The notes under the pieces were generated by a model. It was not told where the DNA came from. It saw only the letters and a program-made list of their open reading frames with translations, and searched no databases. Shown here piece by piece: positions 56,074 to 64,000 of a stretch of 64,000 nucleotides of DNA. A program made the translations under genes and the position numbers. Numbering within the stretch: the first letter of the stretch is position 1; each line of letters starts with the position of its first letter. Source of the DNA: Candidatus Saccharimonadales bacterium (GTDB taxonomy: Bacteria > Chloroflexota > Dormibacteria > Aeolococcales > Aeolococcaceae); contig DATKQX010000082.1 in assembly GCA_035532495.1 (NCBI GenBank), positions 4,399 through 68,398 on the forward strand, read 5' to 3'.

Positions 56074-58212
56074 TCAGACCGCGACCGGGTCGCGAGCCGG
56101 AGCCGGCAACCCGCCACGAACCGTGGTCCCTGCGCCGGGACGTGAGGTGACCTCCACGGTGCCGCCGAGTGCGTCGATGCGGTCGGCCATATTGGTCAGG
56201 CCCGCGCCCTTCTTGGCGATGGCTGAGTCGAAGCCGGTCCCGTCGTCGGTGACGCTGAAGGTGAGCGTTCCACCGTCGGCACGCACACGAACGACGACGT
56301 GCGTCGCCATCGCATACTTCTGCACGTTCTGCAGCGCCTCGAGAACGCAGAAGTACACCGTCGCCTCGACGTCCTGCGAGTAGCGGGCAACGCCTTCGGC
56401 TTCGACCGTTACCGGCACCGTTGCTTTGCGAGCCTGCGATTCCAGCGCGACGCGAAGTCCTTTGTCGGCGAGCAACGGTGGGTAGATTCCGCGAGCGAGA
56501 TCTCGCAGCGTCTCGAGTGCCTCATCCGCATCAGCCTTGAGCTGTTGCAGGGTCGCCGCGGCTTTCGCCGGGTCGCGGCCGACGAGCAGCCCGGCGAGCC
56601 CGAGCTTCACCTTCAGTGCAACCAGGTGTTGCTGTGCGCCGTCGTGGAGGTTGCGTTCCAGACGCCGGCGCTCCAGGTCCTGTGCGCTCACCAACCGCTG
56701 CCGTGACGCGCGCAGCTCAACGAGCCGGGCCTGCAGGTCGGCGCTCAGTCCGACGTTCTTGAGCACGAGCCCGGCTTGCTGCGCAAGGTCGTCGATGAGC
56801 TTGTCCTCGATGGGCGTCAAGGCTTCGCCCCTGCGCTTGCTGACGCTCAGTGCGCCGAGCACTTCACCCTGGTGACGCACTTCCACCGCCCGCGTCGCGG
56901 GCGGCAGCGTCGGCAGTGATCCGTTGCTCAGGGGCAGCGACTGGTGTGCAGCGGCTCCGTCTGGATATGTCGCCGCAGGACGAAGTTCGGCCATCCCGCG
57001 CAACCAAACGGTCGCCGACTCCGCGCCCGTTCCTTCCTGCAACACCCTCGCCATGCGCGGCAGCACTTCGTCGGCAGCGTACGCCTCCGCCACCCGCCCC
57101 GAGAACTCGCTCAACACCTCGTATGGTGTCGCACGTTTCCCATAGACGAGCCGGTTCGCGATTCTCTGGAGGCGCTCGCGCACAGGCTGGAACCCGATGG
57201 CGACGATCGCGGTGGCCAGGATCGACAGCGCAAGGTTCGGCTTGCCTCCACTGCCTATCAGCGTCCCGATCCCCACCGCGATGCCCACATACACCGCCGT
57301 GATGAATACCGCAAGTGAGCCGTACACCAGCGTCCGGCTGATGATGATGTCAATGTCGTAGAGGCGATACTTCAGCACGGCGATGCCGATTGCGATGGGG
57401 AGGCCAACCGCAAACCCGAGGATGTTGACGACCAGCAAGGCGTCGTCCGTAACGAAGCTCGCCTGCGGTGCCGCGAGAGAGCCGAGGCTGACCGCTAGGG
57501 TCGCCAAAACAGTGGTCACCACGACATACGCAATCCACTTCAACTGCTCCCGTTCCTCGCCCTGTGCCCGTCGAAGCCGCACCAGCGGCGCCGTTCCGGC
57601 CACGAGCAGGAGGGCGGTCCCAACAATCCACAGATATCCGAGCGGCCCATCCGCGAGGGTGACGAGTGTCCTGATGGCAACCGGGTTGGGGAATTGCGGC
57701 TGATTGTCAGGACCGTCCAGCGGTGTTGCACCCAGAGCCCCGAGCACAATCGCGATCAGCAACGTGGTGATCACGGCGACCGGGATCATCGGGCGCCACC
57801 GGCTGGAAGGGAGGCGCCCGTCGGGAATCAACAGCAGCGTCACGGTGGCGCCGCCTGCCGGATACACGAACAGCTCCGAGAAACTCGACCACCACAGGGA
57901 CCATTGCGCCCCTCCGGCGCCGGGATACGTGTAGACCGCGAAGCGGGCGTACTGCGCGGCTACTCCGCCCCCGCCCATGACGACCGCCATGAACAGAAAG
58001 AGCCACCCCACCGAATTGCACGGCCGTTTCGACGCGATCAAGCCGCCGACGAGCGCAAAGGTCAGCGACATCACTATCTCGAGCGGGTTGGCGGCTCCGA
58101 AACTGTGGATGGACCCGCGGTTCGCCACGGCCAGCGCGGCCGTGCCGGCACCAAGAGCGACTCCGAGTGACGCGATGCTCCACGCAAGTCGCGACACGGT
58201 GCGTGTGCTCAC
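56074..58212 (-). CDS. sensor histidine kinase (multi-TM, GAF-like, HisKA_3, HATPase_c)
   Basis: About 8 N-terminal TM helices, a GAF-like segment, the H-box NLHDGAQQHLVAL, and the G-boxes TDDGTGFD and GLTNMADRIDALGG. Confidence 0.9.
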   Translation of the reverse strand: MSTRTVSRLAWSIASLGVALGAGTAALAVANRGSIHSFGAANPLEIVMSLTFALVGGLIASKRPCNSVGWLFLFMAVVMGGGGVAAQYARFAVYTYPGAGGAQWSLWWSSFSELFVYPAGGATVTLLLIPDGRLPSSRWRPMIPVAVITTLLIAIVLGALGATPLDGPDNQPQFPNPVAIRTLVTLADGPLGYLWIVGTALLLVAGTAPLVRLRRAQGEEREQLKWIAYVVVTTVLATLAVSLGSLAAPQASFVTDDALLVVNILGFAVGLPIAIGIAVLKYRLYDIDIIISRTLVYGSLAVFITAVYVGIAVGIGTLIGSGGKPNLALSILATAIVAIGFQPVRERLQRIANRLVYGKRATPYEVLSEFSGRVAEAYAADEVLPRMARVLQEGTGAESATVWLRGMAELRPAATYPDGAAAHQSLPLSNGSLPTLPPATRAVEVRHQGEVLGALSVSKRRGEALTPIEDKLIDDLAQQAGLVLKNVGLSADLQARLVELRASRQRLVSAQDLERRRLERNLHDGAQQHLVALKVKLGLAGLLVGRDPAKAAATLQQLKADADEALETLRDLARGIYPPLLADKGLRVALESQARKATVPVTVEAEGVARYSQDVEATVYFCVLEALQNVQKYAMATHVVVRVRADGGTLTFSVTDDGTGFDSAIAKKGAGLTNMADRIDALGGTVEVTSRPGAGTTVRGGLPAPARDPVAV

Positions 58213-59525
58213 GCCGTCGCCATCCCGATGCGGTACGCGCCCACCGGCGTGTGACGTCCTTTGACCAGCGCCGGCTCGATGCGCTCTGCAGCCGGCTTCT
58301 CCACCAGCGCGTCGTACGTCGGCTCACTGAGCACCGTCTGTCCGCCCTCGCCCCATTGTTGCAACCGCTGCGCGAGGTTCACGGCGTCGCCCACGACCGA
58401 GTATTCGAGGCGCTCCTCCGACCCGAGCAGTGCGGCAGCGACGTCTCCCGTGGACAGCCCGATGCCGATGTGGAATGGCGGCAAGCCTTGTGCCGCCCAT
58501 CGCTCGTTGACGCGGTCCTGCGCGGCATGCATCGCCAGCGCGGCGGCCAGGGAACGCTGTGCGTGATCCGCCTGCGGCAACGGCGCGCCGAAGACCGCCA
58601 TCACCGCATCACCGACGAACTGCATGACCGTGCCGCCCTCGTCCAACACCGCACGATTCATCGCGGCGCGATGCTCGTTGAGCTGACCTGCAAGCACCGA
58701 GGGATCCGACGCCTCGGCGATGGTTGAGTACGCGCGAATATCGGACATGAGCACGGTTACGGTGAGACGCTCCGTCCGTCCCGGTTCCACGCCGCGCTCG
58801 CGCATCTGCTCGGCGACGCCGCCCGGCAGCATGCGACTCAGACTCTCGCCCTGCTCCTCGCGATCGACGATGACCTTGTGGAGCAACCGCAACCGGTCGA
58901 GTGCACCCTGCGTACCGGCGCTGGCCTGTTGCGCGAGCTTGAGGAAGAGCTGCTCGACGTCGTCGCCGACCGAGGTCGGCGTTGCGTGCAGGGAGGCGGC
59001 GATCGCCTTGATCGGCTTGCCTTCGGCGACCATGCGCAGCAGGCGCTCCTCGGGGCCGCTGAGCCCACCCGCTTCGCTCACGGGTTTGGTCAGCGCATCA
59101 ACGATGCGAGGGTCGAGCATCGAACCACCGGTGCTCACCTCGCGCACTGCTCGCGCGAGCTGATCGCCGTCGCCGACACGGTCCTTGAGGAGGTACGCGT
59201 AGCCGGCTGCCCCTTCGCTGAGCAGCGCGATGGCGTATTCGGGCTCGTCGTACTGCGACAGGATGACGACCCCCGTGCCGGGATTGCGCATGCGCACGAT
59301 GCGCGCCGCGCGGATGCCCTCGTCCGTGAAGTCCGGTGGCATGCGGATATCGGTGACGACCACCTGCGGCACGTGCTCGGCAGCGCCCGCGAGCAGTTCG
59401 TCGTAATCGCCGGCGACGCCGACGACCTCGAGGTCCCCCGCGATGGAGAGCAGCGCTCGAACGCCTTCCCGGACGATGAGATTGTCGTCCGCGAGGACGA
59501 CGCGGATCATTGCTTCCGAGGGCAT
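58209..59525 (-). CDS. response regulator fused to LuxR-type HTH and class III adenylyl/guanylyl cyclase domain
   Basis: REC (VVVTDIRMPP), HTH (LSGPEERLLRMVAEGKPIKAIAASLHATPTSVGDDVEQLFLKL), and cyclase (VTVLMSDIRAYSTIAE...VMQFVGDAVMAVFGAP...IGIGLSTGDV...EYSVVGDAVNLAQRL). Overlaps the kinase gene by 4 nt. Confidence 0.85.
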   Translation of the reverse strand: MPSEAMIRVVLADDNLIVREGVRALLSIAGDLEVVGVAGDYDELLAGAAEHVPQVVVTDIRMPPDFTDEGIRAARIVRMRNPGTGVVILSQYDEPEYAIALLSEGAAGYAYLLKDRVGDGDQLARAVREVSTGGSMLDPRIVDALTKPVSEAGGLSGPEERLLRMVAEGKPIKAIAASLHATPTSVGDDVEQLFLKLAQQASAGTQGALDRLRLLHKVIVDREEQGESLSRMLPGGVAEQMRERGVEPGRTERLTVTVLMSDIRAYSTIAEASDPSVLAGQLNEHRAAMNRAVLDEGGTVMQFVGDAVMAVFGAPLPQADHAQRSLAAALAMHAAQDRVNERWAAQGLPPFHIGIGLSTGDVAAALLGSEERLEYSVVGDAVNLAQRLQQWGEGGQTVLSEPTYDALVEKPAAERIEPALVKGRHTPVGAYRIGMATA

Positions 59526-59643
59526 TGGCCCACTCTAGTCAGCCCGGTGCAGGATGAAATGGGGCTGCCACCACGATCCCCGGGTGCGGTCCTCACCGTC
59601 GGCTGTGGTCCGTGCACCCTCGACGCCGGTTCGGGCGGGGGCG

Positions 59644-60672
59644 ATGATCACGACCACGGAGGACATCAGCATGCGTATCCAGTCATCGGTGACGTCAATT
59701 TCGTGGATCCCCTCTGAAGCAATTGAAGGGATGACAAGACTGCCGTTCGAGATGGGTGTGGCCCACTACGACGACCCGCCGCCGGACCACATCGACGCGC
59801 TCGACGCCCTTCGCGAGGCGGATCGGTTCCGCTTCGCCAATGAGTTGAGCGCATGGATCGAGGTGGACGGCGGGCGCATCACAGACTGTGGACAGTCAGG
59901 CGGCGGCCACATCGGCGCGACCACGCTCCGCCTCGGTGGTCGCGGCATGACGTTCGCCGCCGTGGCGTTTCCCGACCGGCGGCAGGAGCCCGTCACGGGT
60001 GACGGCTGGGTCCGTTTCACGCAGACGGCGGGTGGACGCACGGGCGTTCCGGCGCCCCGCCGCGTGAGCCACCCTCCGTTCGTCCAGGTGACCGCTCCGC
60101 TGGCGTGGACGACGCTGTCCCTCACGATCTTCGCTGACGGGTCCTCCACACACGAGGTCACCGGCGCAAGCCCGTTTCCACGTCACTGGATCTACGACCG
60201 CGAGCGGAACCTCGTCATGAAGTCCGGCCTCGTCGATTTCAAGCGCTGGTCGCACCATGCGTTCGGCGATCACACGCCCTGGGGCGATGAGGACTCGCCG
60301 GCGCTCGTGACCGCGGTCGAGACCGCGCTCGAGCGCGAGCTCTCGCTGCGACTCATGCGCGGGTCCGCGAAACCGCGCATCGAGACGGTCAAAGCGGGCC
60401 AGGCTCTTGTCGAGCAGGGCCAGCCCGGGAATGAGATGTACGTGCTACTCGACGGCGTGCTCTCGGTCGATGTCGACGGCGCCCCGGTCGCGCAGGTCGG
60501 TCCGGGTGCTGTGGTCGGGGAGCGAGCGCTGCTCGAGGAGGGCCGTCGCACAGCGACCCTTCGCGCGGAGACCGCATGCAAGGTGGCCGCGGTGTCGGGC
60601 GCCGAGGTCGACCCTGAGCTCCTCAGCCGGCTGGCTGCCGACCATCGCCGGGAGGCGGATCAACCCGTCTGA
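59644..60672 (+). CDS. cyclic-nucleotide-binding-domain protein with uncharacterised ~250-aa N-terminal domain
   Basis: C-terminal cNMP-binding beta-roll (VKAGQALVEQGQPGNEMYVLLDGVLSVDVDG...VVGERALLEEGRRTATLRA). The N-terminal region was not recognised. The start is ATG 59644 or 59671. Confidence 0.75.
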   Translation: MITTTEDISMRIQSSVTSISWIPSEAIEGMTRLPFEMGVAHYDDPPPDHIDALDALREADRFRFANELSAWIEVDGGRITDCGQSGGGHIGATTLRLGGRGMTFAAVAFPDRRQEPVTGDGWVRFTQTAGGRTGVPAPRRVSHPPFVQVTAPLAWTTLSLTIFADGSSTHEVTGASPFPRHWIYDRERNLVMKSGLVDFKRWSHHAFGDHTPWGDEDSPALVTAVETALERELSLRLMRGSAKPRIETVKAGQALVEQGQPGNEMYVLLDGVLSVDVDGAPVAQVGPGAVVGERALLEEGRRTATLRAETACKVAAVSGAEVDPELLSRLAADHRREADQPV

Positions 60673-61471
60673 CCGCAGCGAGCACGTGATCCATCGCGAC
60701 CTCCGGCGTCAGCGTCGCGACCTCCACCCTGCGCCCGCTGAGCAGCCAGTCGATCTCGTCGGGGCGCAACAGCGAGCTGAGGTCTCGCGGCAGGCGCGCC
60801 GGCGCTCCCTCGATGACCTGATGCGACGGACCATCGACATCCGACGGGCGCAGCCCTGCGTCCTCGACGGCGATGCCCTCGTCGCGGAGGTTGAGCACCA
60901 GCGCGCACCCACGCGGGGATGCGTCGTGCAGGACGATCGCTTTGCCGTCGGGCGCCGCGGCGCTGCCATCCTTCGCGGCAACCACGGCGACGACGCCGAG
61001 ATCCACGTGCGCGAGATTTGCCGCGACCATGCTTGCGGTGTCCGGCGTGTCGCAGATGACGGTCGTCTGGTCCGCGCTGCTCGGATCGGGCGCCGCCAGC
61101 GTTGCGTCCGGATCGATGAGTCCGTCAGGCCTGAGGTCGCCGAACCGGGTCCTGAACTCGTCGAAGGAGACAGCGAGCACGCGTCCGATGAGCACCGGCC
61201 GCCGCAGCCGTCCGATGACGCCGGTGAGCAGGAGCGCAACGCCAAGTGAGACGAGCAACACGAACGCGACCTTGATGCCGATGAGGATGAGTCCAACGAG
61301 AATCAAGAGGACGCCGAGCCCGATCTCCCCAGTGGACGCGGCGTTCGAGGTGGGTGTTTCAGCGCGCGCGCAGGTCGCGTAGTAGAGCTGACGCTGCGTG
61401 TACCGCCAGCCGCCGGACGCAAGCGCCGCGGCCGCGTCTTCGACGAGCAGTGGGGTGACCGGAAGCGCCAT
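60623..61471 (-). CDS. hypothetical membrane protein with Spo11/TopoVI-A-like Tyr motif and degenerate Toprim-like C-terminal region
   Basis: ATG 61471 (MALPVTPLL...). GGWRYTQRQLYY, then two TM helices, then TTVICDTPDTASMVAANL, VLHDASPRGCAL and RRVEVATLTP. The family assignment is speculative. Confidence 0.5.
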   Translation of the reverse strand: MALPVTPLLVEDAAAALASGGWRYTQRQLYYATCARAETPTSNAASTGEIGLGVLLILVGLILIGIKVAFVLLVSLGVALLLTGVIGRLRRPVLIGRVLAVSFDEFRTRFGDLRPDGLIDPDATLAAPDPSSADQTTVICDTPDTASMVAANLAHVDLGVVAVVAAKDGSAAAPDGKAIVLHDASPRGCALVLNLRDEGIAVEDAGLRPSDVDGPSHQVIEGAPARLPRDLSSLLRPDEIDWLLSGRRVEVATLTPEVAMDHVLAAVRRVDPPPGDGRQPAG

Positions 61472-61496
61472 CGCGGGGAGTGTATATGCTGCTTTG

Positions 61497-63104
61497 ATGG
61501 CGCACGCTGAGCGAAAGGATCTTTTCGAGACCGGCAGCGGCATCCCTGTCGCGCCGCTGTACACCGCGAAGGATCTCCCCGGCCATGACGCGATGCGCGA
61601 CGAGGGCCTCCCCGGTCAGCCTCCCTTCACGCGTGGTATCCAGCCGACGATGTACCGGGGGCGTCTCTGGAGCATCCGCCAGTACGCGGGTTTCGGAACT
61701 GCCACCGATGCCAACGCGCGTTTTCGCTACCTGCTCGCGCAGGGACAGCCGGGACTCTCGGTGGCCTTCGACCTGCCGACTCAGATGGGTCTCGACAGCG
61801 ACGATCCACGCAGCGCCGGCGAGGTGGGCCAGGTGGGTGTCGCCATCGACTCGGTGCGCGACATGCAGGATCTCTTCACGGACATCCCGCTCAGCGACGT
61901 GAGCACATCGATGACCATCAACGCTCCGGCGCCGGTGCTCGTTGCGATGTACGTCGTCGTCGCCGAACGTCAGGGCGTCGATGCCCGGTCTGTCATGGGC
62001 ACGGTTCAGAACGACGTCCTCAAGGAGTACATCGCCCGCGGAACGTTCATCTATCCGCCGCGACCGTCATTGCGGCTGGCCGCCGACCTCATCGCGTGGT
62101 GCACGGTGCACGCACCGAAATTCAATCCGATCTCGCTGTCCGGGTATCACATCCGCGAGGCGGGGAGCACCGCAGTGCAGGAGATGGCGTTTGCGATCGC
62201 CAACGCGATCGCGTACGTCGAAGCGTCGGTTGCGCGCGGTGTCGGCATTGACGACTTCGCGCCGAAGCTCTCGTGGATCTTCAACACGCACATCGATTTC
62301 TTCGAAGAGATCGCCAAGTACCGCGCGCTGCGACGCATGTGGGCGAGGGTGATGGCGGAGCGCTTCGGCGCGCGCGATCCGAGGTCGCTGATGTTGCGGA
62401 CTCATACGCAGACCGGTGGATCAACGCTGACTGCGCAACAGCCCGAGAACAACATCGTGCGGGCCGCGATCGAGGCGCTCGCGGCGGTGCTGGGCGGCGT
62501 CCAGTCGCTCGCGCTCTCCTGTTACGACGAGGCCCTTTCGATACCGACGGAGAAGGCTCAACGCATCGCGGTACGCACGCAGCAGATCATCGCGGAGGAG
62601 ACGGGAGTCACAAACACGGTGGACCCGCTTGCGGGCTCCTACCACGTCGAGTGGCTCACCGATGAGTTGGAGCGACGCGCGCTGGCACTGCTTGCGGAGG
62701 TTGATGCTCGCGGCGGCGCGGTCGCCTGCATCGAGTCGGGCTGGATGCAGCAACTCATCCAGGACGAGGCGTACCGCACCGAGCGTGCCGTCGCCAGCGG
62801 CGACAAGGTGATCGTCGGCGTAAATCGCCACACCGAGACTGAGGAGGAGGGTGCCCCGCTCCTCTTCAGACCCGATGAGCGGGTCATGGCGGACCAGGCG
62901 CGCCGGCTCGCAGCACACCGCTCACTGAGGGATGCCGCGGGGGTCGACGCGTCGCTGACGGCCATCCACGAAGCGGCAACGAGCCCCGACGCCTCGCTCA
63001 TGCCGCGCATCCTCGACGCTGTTCGTGCGGAGGCGACGTTGGGCGAGATATGTGGGTCGCTAGGTGCCGTGTTCGGTGAGTATCACCCGCCGGCAACGAT
63101 CTGA
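61497..63104 (+). CDS. acyl-CoA (methylmalonyl-CoA-type) mutase large/catalytic subunit, no B12-binding domain
   Basis: PGQPPFTRGIQPTMYRGRLWSIRQYAGFG...GLSVAFDLPTQMGLDSD...TIN, TIM-barrel mutase motifs. It ends before any DxHxxG cobalamin-binding domain. Confidence 0.85.
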   Translation: MAHAERKDLFETGSGIPVAPLYTAKDLPGHDAMRDEGLPGQPPFTRGIQPTMYRGRLWSIRQYAGFGTATDANARFRYLLAQGQPGLSVAFDLPTQMGLDSDDPRSAGEVGQVGVAIDSVRDMQDLFTDIPLSDVSTSMTINAPAPVLVAMYVVVAERQGVDARSVMGTVQNDVLKEYIARGTFIYPPRPSLRLAADLIAWCTVHAPKFNPISLSGYHIREAGSTAVQEMAFAIANAIAYVEASVARGVGIDDFAPKLSWIFNTHIDFFEEIAKYRALRRMWARVMAERFGARDPRSLMLRTHTQTGGSTLTAQQPENNIVRAAIEALAAVLGGVQSLALSCYDEALSIPTEKAQRIAVRTQQIIAEETGVTNTVDPLAGSYHVEWLTDELERRALALLAEVDARGGAVACIESGWMQQLIQDEAYRTERAVASGDKVIVGVNRHTETEEEGAPLLFRPDERVMADQARRLAAHRSLRDAAGVDASLTAIHEAATSPDASLMPRILDAVRAEATLGEICGSLGAVFGEYHPPATI

Positions 63105-63167
63105 GAGGGCGTCATCGCAGGCATCAGGCGCTGGATCCAGGGCAATCCGCGGATCGTCTTCCTCGTT

Positions 63168-63590
63168 GTGGCGGGTGCCGTCCTCCTCGGGTTGTTCCTC
63201 GGGGTGATCGCTCCACTGTTTGCGACCTCCGGGAATCCGATGGCGGACCTCAGCGGCGTGATCCCTGCCGCGGCGCCGGCGGGCAAGCAGCTCGAGATCG
63301 ACGTCTCGATCGACAACACCGGCTTCTCCGTTGTCAGCCGGCTCTGCGTCAGCGCCGTGGTCAAGGGGCCACTGACACCGGTGGACGCGATCTTCCAGAA
63401 CATCGACAGAGAGCCGTTCGTGGACGGGGCGGCCTGCGGGGGCGAGCTGACGAGCCAGTCGAGCGCGCCGGTGCAACTCTTCTTCAAGGCTGGGGACGCC
63501 GGGAACGCCCAATTGGTGCTGTCCCCGATGGACGGGAAGCGGACGATCGGCGCCGCGCTCACCGGGACTGTCTCGGTGGCGGGTTCCTGA
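63168..63590 (+). CDS. hypothetical N-terminally anchored/secreted protein
   Basis: 140-aa ORF with a hydrophobic N-terminus (AGAVLLGLFLGVIAPLF) and then a beta-rich region. The frame is open from 63105, so the start is uncertain. Confidence 0.5.
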   Translation: MAGAVLLGLFLGVIAPLFATSGNPMADLSGVIPAAAPAGKQLEIDVSIDNTGFSVVSRLCVSAVVKGPLTPVDAIFQNIDREPFVDGAACGGELTSQSSAPVQLFFKAGDAGNAQLVLSPMDGKRTIGAALTGTVSVAGS

Positions 63591-63670
63591 TCACCGAGAA
63601 ATTCGACACAAGCCCGTAACGCGTCAATCCTACCGGACGCTTCCGAATACGCTGGGCACCCGAGAGGGTT

Positions 63671-64000
63671 ATGCATACGGAAAGCGCCGCCCGGCGCTGG
63701 CTGCCGATACTCGCGACAGGCGTGCTGCTCGGAATAACCGGGTGGCAGCTGGTCGATTCCGCGCTGCCCCCGCGCGTGATGCTCGTCGAGATCGAAGTCG
63801 TGGTCGTCGCGGCCGTCATGCTCGAGATCACGATCCGGTTGCGTCGTGCTGCCCGCGTCAGTTTGTCGACAGCAGCGCTCGTGCAGGGACTGACGAGTGT
63901 CGCGCTGTGCACGATCATCCTGGGCTTGGCGGAGCCGCGCCTGGAACACCCCGTGCCGCTCATCGTGCTCGGCTTCGTCGCAGTGCTGCTGACCGTCAAC
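63671..64000 (+). CDS. membrane protein, N-terminal part (runs off the right edge)
   Basis: My hand translation from ATG 63671 gives MHTESAARRWLPILATGVLLGITGW...VVVVAAVMLEITIRLRR...LIVLGFVAVLLTVN. There are several TM helices and high GC3. It is not in the track because it has no stop. Confidence 0.5.
   Translation, partial: MHTESAARRWLPILATGVLLGITGWQLVDSALPPRVMLVEIEVVVVAAVMLEITIRLRRAARVSLSTAALVQGLTSVALCTIILGLAEPRLEHPVPLIVLGFVAVLLTVN

Noticed and set aside
58209-60672. Cyclase plus cNMP-binding protein read as a Pycsar-like antiviral pair.
   Set aside because: The cyclase is fused to REC and HTH domains and is co-transcribed with a histidine kinase. The cNMP-binding gene is divergent rather than co-operonic, and it has no recognisable TM or TIR killing domain. 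A physiological two-component/cAMP circuit is more parsimonious.

Overview
This is a high-GC bacterial chromosomal window (roughly two-thirds or more G+C by eye). It is gene-dense: about 65 protein genes and one tRNA-Glu. Many neighbouring genes overlap start to stop by 1-8 nt, and several starts look leaderless.

The gene content suggests Actinomycetota or a related high-GC terrabacterial lineage. Pointers are a DUF222-HNH gene behind a Cheo-type SOS box, a MoxR-DUF58-transglutaminase triad, a stand-alone groEL with CIRCE, and a HicB-like/DUF4097/ABC-2 cluster. I cannot assign taxonomy without a search.

Most of the window is housekeeping: queF/yhhQ, clpB, coaE, galU, argS, glpD, groEL, ilvE, pckA, ccr, an acyl-CoA mutase large subunit, and several SDR/CoA-ligase/CoA-transferase genes.

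Three patches look accessory:
- 36.8-41.3 kb. A decayed low-GC3 SRA (5mC-reader) ORF lies next to a translationally coupled three-gene cassette: a 2-TM protein, an 812-aa SbcC/RloC-like zinc-hook ABC ATPase with an extra C-terminal helical domain, and a 131-aa protein that looks like a paralog of that C-terminal domain. A stand-alone RelA/SpoT-type HD hydrolase lies beside the cassette. This cassette is my best candidate for an undescribed conflict/defence system.
- 54.9-61.5 kb. A signalling island with a REC-LuxR-HTH-adenylyl-cyclase fusion, a histidine kinase, two further response regulators, a cNMP-binding protein with an unknown N-terminal domain, and a membrane protein with Spo11/Toprim-like motifs.
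- 47.7-49.1 kb. An SOS-box-controlled, apparently leaderless DUF222-HNH gene.

I saw no CRISPR array, rRNA, integrase or transposase. All calls come from reading the translated ORFs and the DNA by eye. No database search or computation was possible, so family names are motif-level recognitions and start codons are best guesses.
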